Shown one piece after another: positions 1 through 9,398 of a stretch of DNA of 64,000 bases. The position numbers and the translations under genes were made by a program. The notes below the pieces were generated by a model. The model was not told the DNA's origin. It worked only from the letters and a program-made list of their open reading frames with translations, and searched no databases. Numbering within the stretch: position 1 is the first letter of the stretch; the number at the start of each line of letters is the position of its first letter. The DNA comes from an uncultured Nitrospiraceae bacterium (GTDB lineage: Bacteria; Nitrospirota; Thermodesulfovibrionia; Thermodesulfovibrionales; Dissulfurispiraceae): NCBI GenBank assembly GCA_963727805.1, contig CAVSHF010000003.1, positions 2,048,001 through 2,112,000 on the forward strand, in the 5' to 3' direction.

Positions 1-312
1 CATTCTACGCCTCACGATGGAATCCTTGACGACATTGTAAAACAAGGTGAAGTTCGGGGTGCAGACATCGTGAAAATAGCCGTTAAAGCGACCGGCAAAG
101 AGGATCTGATCAGGTTTATAGATTTTGCCCTGCGCAATAAGGACAAAGGGCTGATCACGATCTCGATGGGTGATCACGGTCTTCCGTCCAGAATATTCAC
201 CCCGCTTCTGGGGTCGCCGATTACCTATGGATATATAAAGACCGCGTCGGCGCCGGGCCAGCTTTCGGTTCAGGAGATGATGTCGATGTTCAGGAAGTTG
301 AAGATGAGGTAA
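1..312 (+). CDS. aroD: Type I 3-dehydroquinate dehydratase, 5'-truncated by window edge
   Basis: Frame open from base 1; ADIVKIAV (Schiff-base Lys), ISMGxxGxxSR and SAPGQL motifs. Confidence 0.9.
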   Translation, partial: HSTPHDGILDDIVKQGEVRGADIVKIAVKATGKEDLIRFIDFALRNKDKGLITISMGDHGLPSRIFTPLLGSPITYGYIKTASAPGQLSVQEMMSMFRKLKMR

Positions 313-347
313 TTGCAGGGGGCAAATCATGACTTACCCCTGCAATT
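311..347. terminator. Inverted repeat between convergent genes, probable bidirectional terminator
   Basis: AATTGCAGGGG (311-321) and CCCCTGCAATT (337-347) between the aroD and M16 stop codons. Confidence 0.6.
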
Positions 348-1690
348 TACAATTTCAGCTTCTTCTTGTTCCCGACTACAACGAGCACATAATTATCGTC
401 ATGAAGGTATTTGCGCGCAACGCGGAGGATATCTTCCTTTGTGACCTTCTCAATGTAATCCCTGTATCGGTCGATGTAATCGTCGCCCAGGTTGTAATAC
501 TGCACCGCGACAAGAAAATCGGCTATTTTCCTGCTTGTCTCCAGCCTTCTGGGGAAACTGCCTATGAGATAATCCTTTGCGTCCTGAAGCTCCTGGTCTG
601 TTATAGGCTCTTCTTTTATCAGACGTATCTGCTTGAGCATTTCATCGATAACGCGGCCAGCTGATTCATTCTTTGTCTGCACCTCGACCTCGAATCTGCC
701 CGGATACTTGTTGGCAGCGAAAAAGCTATTGATGGAATAAGTGAGTCCCATTTCATCGCGGATTACCTTCATTAGCCTCGAAGCAAAGCCCCCTCCTCCA
801 AAAACATAATTCATGACCGCAACGGAATAATAATCGGGATCATCCCTTGAAATGCCTAGTCCACCGAAAAAGATATTCGCCTGGGCAACATCCTTGTCGA
901 TAGACTCGACTTGGGTCTTTTTGAGTACCGGCGGCTTCTGCAGACGGATCGTTTTGGCATCCTTCTGCTCCTTCTTTGCTTTCCAGAAAGAGAAATAGCG
1001 GTCGATCAATCCTGCGAGTTCATTCTGACTTATATCGCCGACCACGGCGAGTATGGCGTTTTCCGGCCGGTAGAAGGCATCGTAGAAATTAACGACATCG
1101 GCTTTTTCGATGACATTTATGCTCTCGATACTTCCTTCGACGAGCCTCCCGTAAGGATGTTCACCGAAGACTTCCCTGATGAATCTTTTGCCAGCAACAA
1201 AAGATGGCTCTTCCTCTCTCTGCTGCAATGCGCCCTTCACCAGTTCCTTCTTTCGTGTAAGCTCATCGGCAGGAAATGACGGATGCAAAACAACATCCGA
1301 AAAAAGGTCGAAGCCCTTTTCGACATCCTTTTTCAAAACAGAAAGTGAGATTGTTGTGAAATCACTGTTGGTCAAGATTTCGAGTGAGCCCCCGATGAAT
1401 TCGATCTCCTGACTGATGTCAGCTGCCTTTCTCCGCGCCGTGCCTTCATTCAGCATCTTGGCGGTAATATAGGCGGTTCCCGCTTTCAAAGGGTCCTCTT
1501 CAAGCGGAGAAGCCTTCACCAGTATCGTCGCCATAACAATAGGTAGTTCGTGCCTTTCAACATAGAGCACAGTAAGACCGCTGGGAAGCTTCTCCCTTTT
1601 TATCTCGAAGGCGTTGGTGGTGGAAATTGGAAAGAATGTCACACAGAACAGAAGCGCGGCAATGACTACTGCTGACATCCGCTTATTCAT
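347..1690 (-). CDS. M16B (pitrilysin-family) peptidase, non-catalytic subunit, exported
   Basis: Signal peptide; HXXEH replaced by YITAK; Gly-rich GGGGFASRL and R..GLTY motif. Confidence 0.85.
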   Translation of the reverse strand: MNKRMSAVVIAALLFCVTFFPISTTNAFEIKREKLPSGLTVLYVERHELPIVMATILVKASPLEEDPLKAGTAYITAKMLNEGTARRKAADISQEIEFIGGSLEILTNSDFTTISLSVLKKDVEKGFDLFSDVVLHPSFPADELTRKKELVKGALQQREEEPSFVAGKRFIREVFGEHPYGRLVEGSIESINVIEKADVVNFYDAFYRPENAILAVVGDISQNELAGLIDRYFSFWKAKKEQKDAKTIRLQKPPVLKKTQVESIDKDVAQANIFFGGLGISRDDPDYYSVAVMNYVFGGGGFASRLMKVIRDEMGLTYSINSFFAANKYPGRFEVEVQTKNESAGRVIDEMLKQIRLIKEEPITDQELQDAKDYLIGSFPRRLETSRKIADFLVAVQYYNLGDDYIDRYRDYIEKVTKEDILRVARKYLHDDNYVLVVVGNKKKLKL

Positions 1691-3014
1691 GAGCAGCCCC
1701 GGTTTTTTGGGGAATGAGAAACCCAGTAGTCCTGTTCTCTTTCGTCAAGTACCGCCGGGCAACATCCCTCACATCTTCGGGGTTTACACTTCTGATCCCC
1801 GTGATATATATATCCTTGAGTCTCCAGTTTCCAACGACCTCGAACATACCCGTATACAAGGCCTCCGAATAACTCGAATCTCGTGCGAATATAAACGACG
1901 CTTCGATCTGGTTTTTAGCCTTCTGGACCTCCACAGCTGACGGTGGCTCTTGCGCTATCTTTTCGATCTCTGCAAGAAGTGCCTGTTCGACATCCTTCAT
2001 CTCTTTGCCAGGGGCAACCGTTGCGCCAAAAATAAAAAGGAATGGGTCCCTGTTGAGACCGTTATAGTCGGCGGACGCCTCAAGGGCTATACGTTTTTCG
2101 TATACAAGACTGCGGTAGAGCCGTGAACTCTTACCTTGAGAGAGAACAGTTGACAAGACCTCTAGGGCGAAGCTGTCCTTGTCGGGAAAGCTTGGCACAT
2201 GATGGGCCATGAGGATATAGGGCAATTCAGCGGATTCATTTTCGAGATAGACTATCTTTTCACCCTTCTGAGCAGGCTCGACCGTCTTGATGCGCTTCAG
2301 CTTATTGCCAGCAGGAGGGATTTTGCCAAACTCTTTCTTGATGAGCGGCATCAGTTCACCCGGCTCTACGTCGCCAGAAATAATGATAAAGGAGTTGTCA
2401 GGGGAGTAATAAGTACCGTAATAATCAGCAAGGTCTTCCCGGCTAATCGCGGCAATCTCGGACATCCATCCGATTACAGGTTTGCGGTAGGCCTGTACTT
2501 CAAGGGATGTCGCCATAAGCTCTGCGTGGAGGAGGTTCTGCGGGTCGTCTTCATACCGCATCCTGCGTTCTTCCATTACAACGCTGCGTTCCGACTCAAG
2601 CTCCTTTGAATCCAGGGAGAGGCCCTTCATCCGATCGGCCTCGAGTTCGATGGACAACCGGATCGCGTCGGAAGGGAGTGTCTGATGGTACATCGTATAA
2701 TCCTTGGAGGTATGAGCATTGTCCATTCCTCCCTTGCGTTGTATTAAGTTCGAAAAAACCTTTGATCCATAATGAGGCGTGCCCTTGAACATCATGTGTT
2801 CGAGAAGATGGCTTATCCCCGATTTCCCCGCCGGTTCATCGATCGATCCGACGCGGTACCAAATCTGAAATGTGGCGAGATGTATCTTGTGGTCTTCGAT
2901 AAAAAGTATCTTGAGTCCGTTGTCGAGAGTGAACTCCTCGACCGCGGCGGACGCGACAAGAGGCAAACCGAAGACAAAAATTATAAGAATGGCGAAAATC
3001 CTCACTGCAGCCAT
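1683..3014 (-). CDS. M16B zinc peptidase, catalytic subunit, exported
   Basis: GISHLLEHMMFKGT (HXXEH); signal peptide; ATG 3014 after GGAGG; overlaps the downstream partner. Confidence 0.9.
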   Translation of the reverse strand: MAAVRIFAILIIFVFGLPLVASAAVEEFTLDNGLKILFIEDHKIHLATFQIWYRVGSIDEPAGKSGISHLLEHMMFKGTPHYGSKVFSNLIQRKGGMDNAHTSKDYTMYHQTLPSDAIRLSIELEADRMKGLSLDSKELESERSVVMEERRMRYEDDPQNLLHAELMATSLEVQAYRKPVIGWMSEIAAISREDLADYYGTYYSPDNSFIIISGDVEPGELMPLIKKEFGKIPPAGNKLKRIKTVEPAQKGEKIVYLENESAELPYILMAHHVPSFPDKDSFALEVLSTVLSQGKSSRLYRSLVYEKRIALEASADYNGLNRDPFLFIFGATVAPGKEMKDVEQALLAEIEKIAQEPPSAVEVQKAKNQIEASFIFARDSSYSEALYTGMFEVVGNWRLKDIYITGIRSVNPEDVRDVARRYLTKENRTTGFLIPQKTGAAHE

Positions 3015-3019
3015 AGTCC

Positions 3020-3259
3020 CTATTCCTCCCGCCACACCTCAATGGCGATGTCAGGGCATACATGTGCGCATATGGCGCAACCTGTGCACTCTTCGGAGTG
3101 GGCAAAAATAGCGACAAAATATCCGCTGCTATTGAACTGCTCATCCAGGACAATAGAGCCTGTGGGACACGCGGCAATGCAATAACCGCAACCCTTGCAT
3201 CTCTCCGAGTCGATCTCTATTGCGCCAGAAACTTTCTTTTTTATCATTGACTCTTTCAC
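3020..3259 (-). CDS. 2x[4Fe-4S] ferredoxin, 2-oxoacid:ferredoxin oxidoreductase delta-subunit-like
   Basis: CKGCGYCIAACP and CTGCAICAHVCPD; FNSSGYF linker typical of KorD/VorD. Confidence 0.85.
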   Translation of the reverse strand: MKESMIKKKVSGAIEIDSERCKGCGYCIAACPTGSIVLDEQFNSSGYFVAIFAHSEECTGCAICAHVCPDIAIEVWREE

Positions 3260-3272
3260 GAATACCTCTTAA

Positions 3273-5012
3273 TTATTTATTGTCACGCGGTTCAAAATAA
3301 AATTTTGACCCTCCTCCTGCCTTTTTGTCAATCCCAAGCATCTCCTCCGCGTGCCTGAGCGAGCGGTCTGTGACCCTGCCCCCCAGCATACGCGCAAGCT
3401 CTTCACGCCTCTTTTTACCATCCAGTGTTTCCACTCTCACCTTAACATTCTTCTGGGTAAGCTCTTTTTCAACCTTGATGTGATGATCGGCTAATGCGGC
3501 TATCTGAGGCAGATGGGTAATACAGAATATCTGATAATTGTCCGAAAGGCCGTGCAGCCTAGCAGCCACATGTTGAGCCGTCACTCCTCCGATACCCGCA
3601 TCCACCTCGTCGAAGATAAGAGTGCAGACCGTTGCGGAATTCTCTCCGCGAGCACCTGCCTTGTGTCTATCGGCACCAGCGTGTTTGCCTATTTCGAGGC
3701 ATTTTAGGCCGAGCATGATTCTCGAAAGCTCTCCTCCCGATGCAACCTTGACGAGCGGCTTCGGCGGCTCTCCGGGATTGGCAGAAAAGAGGAATTCGAC
3801 TTCATCGATTCCCGCGGGTCCGACTTCACGCCGCTTCCTGATTTCGGTCCTAAAATCGGCCTTCTGAAATCCAAGTTCCATTAGTTCATGGTCAGCCAGC
3901 TTCACCATCTGATCCGCGGCAACCCTTCTCTTCTTTGACAATTCCCCGGCCAGCGTCAACAGCTGAGCTTCCCTTGCTGAGAGTTCCCGCTCGCATTCAT
4001 CTTTTTGCTCTTCCGCATGTTCAAGTCCATGCAATTCTTCCTGCGCTATCTCAAAATACTGAAGGATCCCTTCGATACCTTCACCGTATTTATTTTCGAG
4101 CTTCTTTATCAGTTCAAGACGGCATTCAACATTAGTAAGCCTGCCGGGATCGATATCGTAGGTGTCTCGAAGTTTCCTGACTGTGAGAGAGGCATCCTCA
4201 ACAAGAGGTATCGCGGAATCGAGGAGCGAAAGGCCTTCTTCGACGTTGCGGTCTATTTTTGCCATGTCTCTTACATGTGCTGCTGCCTGCAAAATTTTTT
4301 CGAGTGCCGACCCTTCCGAATCGTAAAGTATGGCGTAGGCCATCTCGGCGGATTCCCTGAGTTTATTTGCGTTGAGGAGGATGGCCCTTTCCTCTCCGAG
4401 GGTTTGTTTCTCTCCCTCCTTGAGTGAGGCCGCGTTGATCTCGTTTATCTGGAACCTGAGGAATTCGGACCTCTGAGTCCTCTCGCGGGCTTTTTCCCGG
4501 ACCTGAAAAACCCTCTCGCGGAGGGCGGCCACATCGTTATATAGCGAATGCAGCGAAGCAGCCTCTTCGGAGAGATCGCCAAAAGCATCGACAAAGGCGA
4601 GATGGCTCTCCTTCCTGAGAAGTCCCTGATGCTCATGCTGGCCGTGGATATCAACAAGTACCTTGCCGACAGCCGAGACGGTTTGAAGGCTTACGGGGGT
4701 GTCGTTAATATAGGCGCGACCTTTGCCCTTGCCGATAAGCCGCCGCAGGATGATGCCGTCACTGCCATCGACACCGATTTCCCGGAGGGCGGCGATATCC
4801 GATGGATCGAAACACGCCTCGATGCGAGCTTCGCTGCTCCCCGTTCTAATGAAATCCTGCGATGCCTTTTCGCCGAGGAGGACGCCAATGGCGTCAACGA
4901 TGATCGATTTTCCGGCGCCGGTCTCTCCTGTGAGGACGTTCAGTCCCGGCCCAAAAACGATCGAAAGATCGTCGATGATGGTAAAGTCCTTGATCCTCAG
5001 TTCGCACAGCAT
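3273..5012 (-). CDS. recN: DNA repair protein RecN
   Basis: TGETGAGKS Walker A, DIHGQHEHQ, ASGGELSR, FDEVDAGIGG, ITHLPQIAA. Confidence 0.97.
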   Translation of the reverse strand: MLCELRIKDFTIIDDLSIVFGPGLNVLTGETGAGKSIIVDAIGVLLGEKASQDFIRTGSSEARIEACFDPSDIAALREIGVDGSDGIILRRLIGKGKGRAYINDTPVSLQTVSAVGKVLVDIHGQHEHQGLLRKESHLAFVDAFGDLSEEAASLHSLYNDVAALRERVFQVREKARERTQRSEFLRFQINEINAASLKEGEKQTLGEERAILLNANKLRESAEMAYAILYDSEGSALEKILQAAAHVRDMAKIDRNVEEGLSLLDSAIPLVEDASLTVRKLRDTYDIDPGRLTNVECRLELIKKLENKYGEGIEGILQYFEIAQEELHGLEHAEEQKDECERELSAREAQLLTLAGELSKKRRVAADQMVKLADHELMELGFQKADFRTEIRKRREVGPAGIDEVEFLFSANPGEPPKPLVKVASGGELSRIMLGLKCLEIGKHAGADRHKAGARGENSATVCTLIFDEVDAGIGGVTAQHVAARLHGLSDNYQIFCITHLPQIAALADHHIKVEKELTQKNVKVRVETLDGKKRREELARMLGGRVTDRSLRHAEEMLGIDKKAGGGSKFYFEPRDNK

Positions 5013-5022
5013 ACCGCTGACA

Positions 5023-6267
5023 TTACAACAAACCCGTGAAATCCTCTTCCTTTACCGGTCCGAGCACGGAGAGGCTCATGGGGCCACCGTTGATAAGCCT
5101 ACCGGCAAGCTCCCTAGCGTGGTCAAGGGTCACGGCCTCTATCTCCTTCATGATTTCGAGCTGGGTGAAATGCCTGTGGTAATATATCTCCTGCCGAGCA
5201 TTGCTCTGCATCTTACTGCTCGTAGACTCAAGGGCGAGCACGAGATTTCCCTTCAACTGGTCCTTTGCCCTTCTCAGTTCGACTTCAGTAAGTGTCTGAT
5301 CAAGGTTTTTCATCTCCCTGATAATCAGTTCGGCGACAGTAGGGGCCTTCTTTTTCCCAGTGCCCGCATAGACCGCCCAGAATCCTGCATCCATGTACGA
5401 TGAAAGGAAGGAGTAAATGCTGTATGCATATCCCTTCTTTTCCCTGATTTCCTGAAAGAGCCTCGAACTAACGCTCGCCCCCAGGACGGTGTTTAGCAAG
5501 GAGATCGTGAATCGTTCTTCACTTGCGTAGGGAATTCCTTCGACTCCAATGCAGAGATGGGCCTCGGAAAGGTCTTTCGTATAAATATCGATTTTTCTTC
5601 CAAAGGAGGGAGCTGAAAATGCCTCGGGTTCGGATCCGCGCCTTAGGCTACCCAGGTGATGATTAAGCTTTTCCAGAACAGCTTCGGCTTCGAAATTCCC
5701 TGCGCATGATATCACAGTGTCTGCAGTGCCGTAATATTTCCTCACGTGTGCTGTCAGATCATCCCGCCTGAAGTTTTTTATGGTGTCCCTGCGGCCGAGC
5801 ACCGGTTGTCCAAGCCCGGTCTCACCATAGATGGTCTTGCTGAATAGATCGTGGATATAATCGTCGGGCGTGTCTTCGACGAGTTTGATCTCTTCCTTGA
5901 TAACGCCTTTTTCCTTTTCAAGTTCTTCTTCGGCAAAGGTGGAGTGAAGGAATATGTCGGTGAGTAACTCGACTCCCCGGTCGATATATTCATCGAGGAT
6001 CTTCACATAGAACGCCGTATTCTCACGCGAGGTAAAGGCATTCAGGTCGCCTCCCAGGCTGTCGATGTCTATAGCAATGTCCTGAGCGGTCCGCTTTTTA
6101 GTTCCCTTGAAGAACATGTGTTCGAGGAAATGAGAGATGCCGTTTTTATCGGGTGGCTCGTTCCGAGCACCTACTTTGATCCATATGCCAACGATGAAGG
6201 AGCGGGAATTTTTCACCTGCTCCATTACCACTGGAATGCCGTTATCAAGATAGCGTTTAGTAAACAT
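5023..6267 (-). CDS. Cytoplasmic M16 zinc peptidase (pnp-linked type)
   Basis: GISHFLEHMFFKGT; SSRLFQEIRE..G.AY; start moved to ATG 6267. Confidence 0.9.
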   Translation of the reverse strand: MFTKRYLDNGIPVVMEQVKNSRSFIVGIWIKVGARNEPPDKNGISHFLEHMFFKGTKKRTAQDIAIDIDSLGGDLNAFTSRENTAFYVKILDEYIDRGVELLTDIFLHSTFAEEELEKEKGVIKEEIKLVEDTPDDYIHDLFSKTIYGETGLGQPVLGRRDTIKNFRRDDLTAHVRKYYGTADTVISCAGNFEAEAVLEKLNHHLGSLRRGSEPEAFSAPSFGRKIDIYTKDLSEAHLCIGVEGIPYASEERFTISLLNTVLGASVSSRLFQEIREKKGYAYSIYSFLSSYMDAGFWAVYAGTGKKKAPTVAELIIREMKNLDQTLTEVELRRAKDQLKGNLVLALESTSSKMQSNARQEIYYHRHFTQLEIMKEIEAVTLDHARELAGRLINGGPMSLSVLGPVKEEDFTGLL

Positions 6268-6366
6268 ACGTTTTAGAAGAGGTCTGGTGTGTTGGATTAT
6301 GGAGCTTAGAAACAGGCACCCGCCGAAAATACTGACAAGCAAGATGCCCGTTTGCCGTTATTTCGT

Positions 6367-8487
6367 TTAACCCTGGCGCTGCTGATCCTTCAGGACTTCC
6401 TTCCGGCTCAGCCTGATCCTTCCCTGGTTATCGATTTCGATGACCTTCACTAGGATCTCATCGCCCATATTAATTTCGTCGGTGACCTTTGCTATCCTCT
6501 TATCCGAAATCTGCGAGATATGCAGAAGCCCGTCCGTTCCTGGAAGTATCTCAACAAAGGCACCGAAATCAGCAATCCTGACGACTTTGCCCATGTATGT
6601 CTTCCCTACTTCTGCCTCAGCGATGATGCCGTTGATGATCTCGATCGCCTTTTTAGCTGACTCTTCGTCGCTTGAGGCGATATTGATGGTGCCGCTGTCA
6701 TCAATGTCAATCTTGCAGCCGGTCTGCTCGACAATGCTGCGAATCACTTTCCCACCGCTGCCGATGACTTCCCTGATCTTTTCAGGCCTTATATGCATAG
6801 TGTAAATTCGGGGGGCATGAGGTGAAAGATTGTCCCTTACCGCGGGCATGGCATCAGCCATTTTCCCGAGGATGAAGAGCCTGCCTTTTTTAGCCTGATT
6901 AAGCGCATTTTCGAGGATCTCGCGGCTGACGCCTCCGATCTTCAGGTCCATCTGGAAGGCGGTGATGCCCTTGGTCGTGCCGGCAACCTTGAAGTCCATG
7001 TCGCCGAGATGATCTTCGAGCCCCAGAATGTCGGTCAGTACAACCACCTTATCGCCCTCCTTGATGAGACCCATGGCGATTCCTGCCACAGGCGCGCTGA
7101 TAGGAACGCCCGCATCCATCAGGGAAAGTGTTGCTCCACAAACCGTCGCCATAGAGGACGAACCGTTCGATTCGAGGATGTCCGAGACAATACGTATCGT
7201 ATAAGGGAATATTTCTTTCGTCGGAAGCACATATTTTATTGCACGCTCAGCAAGGGCACCATGCCCGATTTCACGCCTGCCAGGTCCGCGCATCGGCTTG
7301 ACCTCTCCGACACTGAAGGGGGGGAAGTTGTAGTGCAGCATGAACGTTTTGAACGTTTCTCCGTCAAGGGAGTCTATTCTCTGCTCATCGTCTGAAGTCC
7401 CCAGGGTCGTGGCCACCAAGGCCTGCGTCTCACCCCTGATGAAGAGCGCAGAACCATGGACTCTCGGGAGCAGCCCCAGATGGCACGTAATCTGCCTGAT
7501 CTCGTCGGGTTTTCTGCTGTCCGCTCTTTTAGCCTGATTCAGGATAGTGTTTCTTACTATCTCATTTTCGTAATCATCGAATGCGTTGGCGATGTCCCTC
7601 GTAAGGTCCTTGTCGGCATTGCCGACGAAGCGGGCTGCATTCTCGGGGGTATTCAACAGCTTCACCGTTTCTGCCAGAATGGCATCTAGAGCTCCCTGTC
7701 TCTCATGTTTTCCGGGGATGTGTATCGCTTCATGAATCGTGCTGGACACCTGTTCCCTGACAGCAGCTGCAAGCTCAGGCTTCTCCTCCACTGGAGCGAC
7801 CGCCCTCTTCTCCTTGCCAACCTTGCCCCTCAGCTCATTCTGGATTCCCACGATCTTTTTGATTTCCTGGTGGGCAAAGTCGATCGCCTCAAGTAGAGAT
7901 GATTCGGAAACTTCGGCGCCTCCTCCTTCGACCATGATCACGGCATCTTCGGTGCCTGCCACAACTAAATTGAGCTCAAGATTCTCAAGCTCGGTTATAT
8001 CTGGATTGATTACGAGCTCTCCCTGGATCTTCCCCACTCTAACAGCGCCGACAGGTCCGCCAAAGGGGATGTTTGAAATATGGATTGCCGCGGATATGCC
8101 GATGATGCCGAGGATATCTGCGATATTTTCCGTGCCATAGGACAGGACCGATGCGATCCCCTGGGTTTCACAGTAAAAACCCTTGGGAAACAGAGGCCTC
8201 ATAGGACGATCGATAAGTCGCGAGGTTAGCACCTCTTTTTCGGTAGATTTACCCTCCCGCTTGAAAAAGCCGCCGGGGATCTTCCCCGCAGCATAGGTCT
8301 TCTCCTGGTAATCAATGGTGAGAGGGAAAAAATCGAGTCCCTCTTTTGGCTTTTTGCTTGCCACCGCCGTCGCGAGGACTATCGTGTCACCGAACTTCAC
8401 AACAACCGATCCGTCCGCTTGTCTCGCCATCTGTCCTGTTTCGATAATCAGTCGCTTGTCCTTAATCTCTAGTTCTACACTTGTCAT
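6367..8487 (-). CDS. pnp: Polyribonucleotide nucleotidyltransferase
   Basis: RLIDRPMRPLF, ESNGSSSMA, DHLGDMDFKVAGT, C-terminal KH and S1 domains; follows rpsO. Confidence 0.98.
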   Translation of the reverse strand: MTSVELEIKDKRLIIETGQMARQADGSVVVKFGDTIVLATAVASKKPKEGLDFFPLTIDYQEKTYAAGKIPGGFFKREGKSTEKEVLTSRLIDRPMRPLFPKGFYCETQGIASVLSYGTENIADILGIIGISAAIHISNIPFGGPVGAVRVGKIQGELVINPDITELENLELNLVVAGTEDAVIMVEGGGAEVSESSLLEAIDFAHQEIKKIVGIQNELRGKVGKEKRAVAPVEEKPELAAAVREQVSSTIHEAIHIPGKHERQGALDAILAETVKLLNTPENAARFVGNADKDLTRDIANAFDDYENEIVRNTILNQAKRADSRKPDEIRQITCHLGLLPRVHGSALFIRGETQALVATTLGTSDDEQRIDSLDGETFKTFMLHYNFPPFSVGEVKPMRGPGRREIGHGALAERAIKYVLPTKEIFPYTIRIVSDILESNGSSSMATVCGATLSLMDAGVPISAPVAGIAMGLIKEGDKVVVLTDILGLEDHLGDMDFKVAGTTKGITAFQMDLKIGGVSREILENALNQAKKGRLFILGKMADAMPAVRDNLSPHAPRIYTMHIRPEKIREVIGSGGKVIRSIVEQTGCKIDIDDSGTINIASSDEESAKKAIEIINGIIAEAEVGKTYMGKVVRIADFGAFVEILPGTDGLLHISQISDKRIAKVTDEINMGDEILVKVIEIDNQGRIRLSRKEVLKDQQRQG

Positions 8488-8544
8488 GAATTCGCTTTCT
8501 ATCTCCTTGGTCTTAAGTACGTGTCCGTGCAATGAATGAGAATG

Positions 8545-8811
8545 CTACTTTCTCAGGCCGAGACGCCCTATAACGCTGTCATAGCGGGTTTTGTCGCATA
8601 GTTTCAGGTAATTCAGAAGTTTCTTCCTCTGCGCAACAAGCTTCAAAAGTCCTCTCCTCGAATGGTGGTCCTTTGCATGGATCTTGAAGTGGTCCGTCAA
8701 ATAACTGATCCTCTCACTCAGTAACGCAATCTGTACTTCAGGAGAACCGGTATCCTTCTCGTGAGTTTTGAAGGACTCGATGATCTCTTTTTTCTTCAGC
8801 GTGTCAAACAT
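8545..8811 (-). CDS. rpsO: 30S ribosomal protein S15
   Basis: [28 protein letters not shown] 8811. Confidence 0.98.
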   Translation of the reverse strand: MFDTLKKKEIIESFKTHEKDTGSPEVQIALLSERISYLTDHFKIHAKDHHSRRGLLKLVAQRKKLLNYLKLCDKTRYDSVIGRLGLRK

Positions 8812-8938
8812 TCGCTCACCACCTTTCCTTTGAGATATCCTCATTTACTACAGACATTAAAAATTATCCGAAAGGACACATTTTTAGTGTAAGTAGGTTA
8901 CCATATGCATTCCTGCTCTGTAAAGGCACCTCAGCCAT

Positions 8939-9256
8939 CTATTCGACAGGGGTGACCACCGCCATCACAACAAGCCTCTCGCCTTTCGTTGCTTTAAAGC
9001 CATGAGGGACTTGGGGGTCAACAAGGATGGCCGTCTTTTCGTCAGCCTCTATCTCTTCCTCTCCTACTGTAAATACCCCTTTCCCCTCAACACAGTACAT
9101 CAGGAGCCTGAGTGGGGCCTTGTGGGGTTGCAACTCCTGACCAGCCTCCAGACACATAAGGGCAACGCGCATCTCCGGGGTCTCCGCGAGCATTTCCCTC
9201 GATATCTTGTCGGGACGAAAGGTAATGAGTTTTTTAAGGTCTAAAATAGTAGCCAT
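8939..9256 (-). CDS. Cupin-domain protein
   Basis: AGQELQPH...VEGKG...PHGF cupin motifs; SD GAGGAGG. Confidence 0.85.
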   Translation of the reverse strand: MATILDLKKLITFRPDKISREMLAETPEMRVALMCLEAGQELQPHKAPLRLLMYCVEGKGVFTVGEEEIEADEKTAILVDPQVPHGFKATKGERLVVMAVVTPVE

Positions 9257-9288
9257 ATGATCCTCCTCTATAATTATGTATTATTTCC

Positions 9289-9330
9289 AGTATAGCAAGA
9301 TACTTTCGTCGCCAACATGACATATGTCAA
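9289..9330 (-). promoter_or_regulatory. Extended -10 promoter with CRP/FNR-like palindrome at -41.5, upstream of cupin
   Basis: TGcTATACT (-10 hexamer 9289-9294, minus strand); perfect palindrome TGACATATGTCA at 9318-9329. Confidence 0.6.
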
Positions 9331-9398
9331 GAATACCTTGAATCGCACTCTCAGCATGAGGTATTATGGAAATGACTTTGCATATCAGGGAGGCTTGA

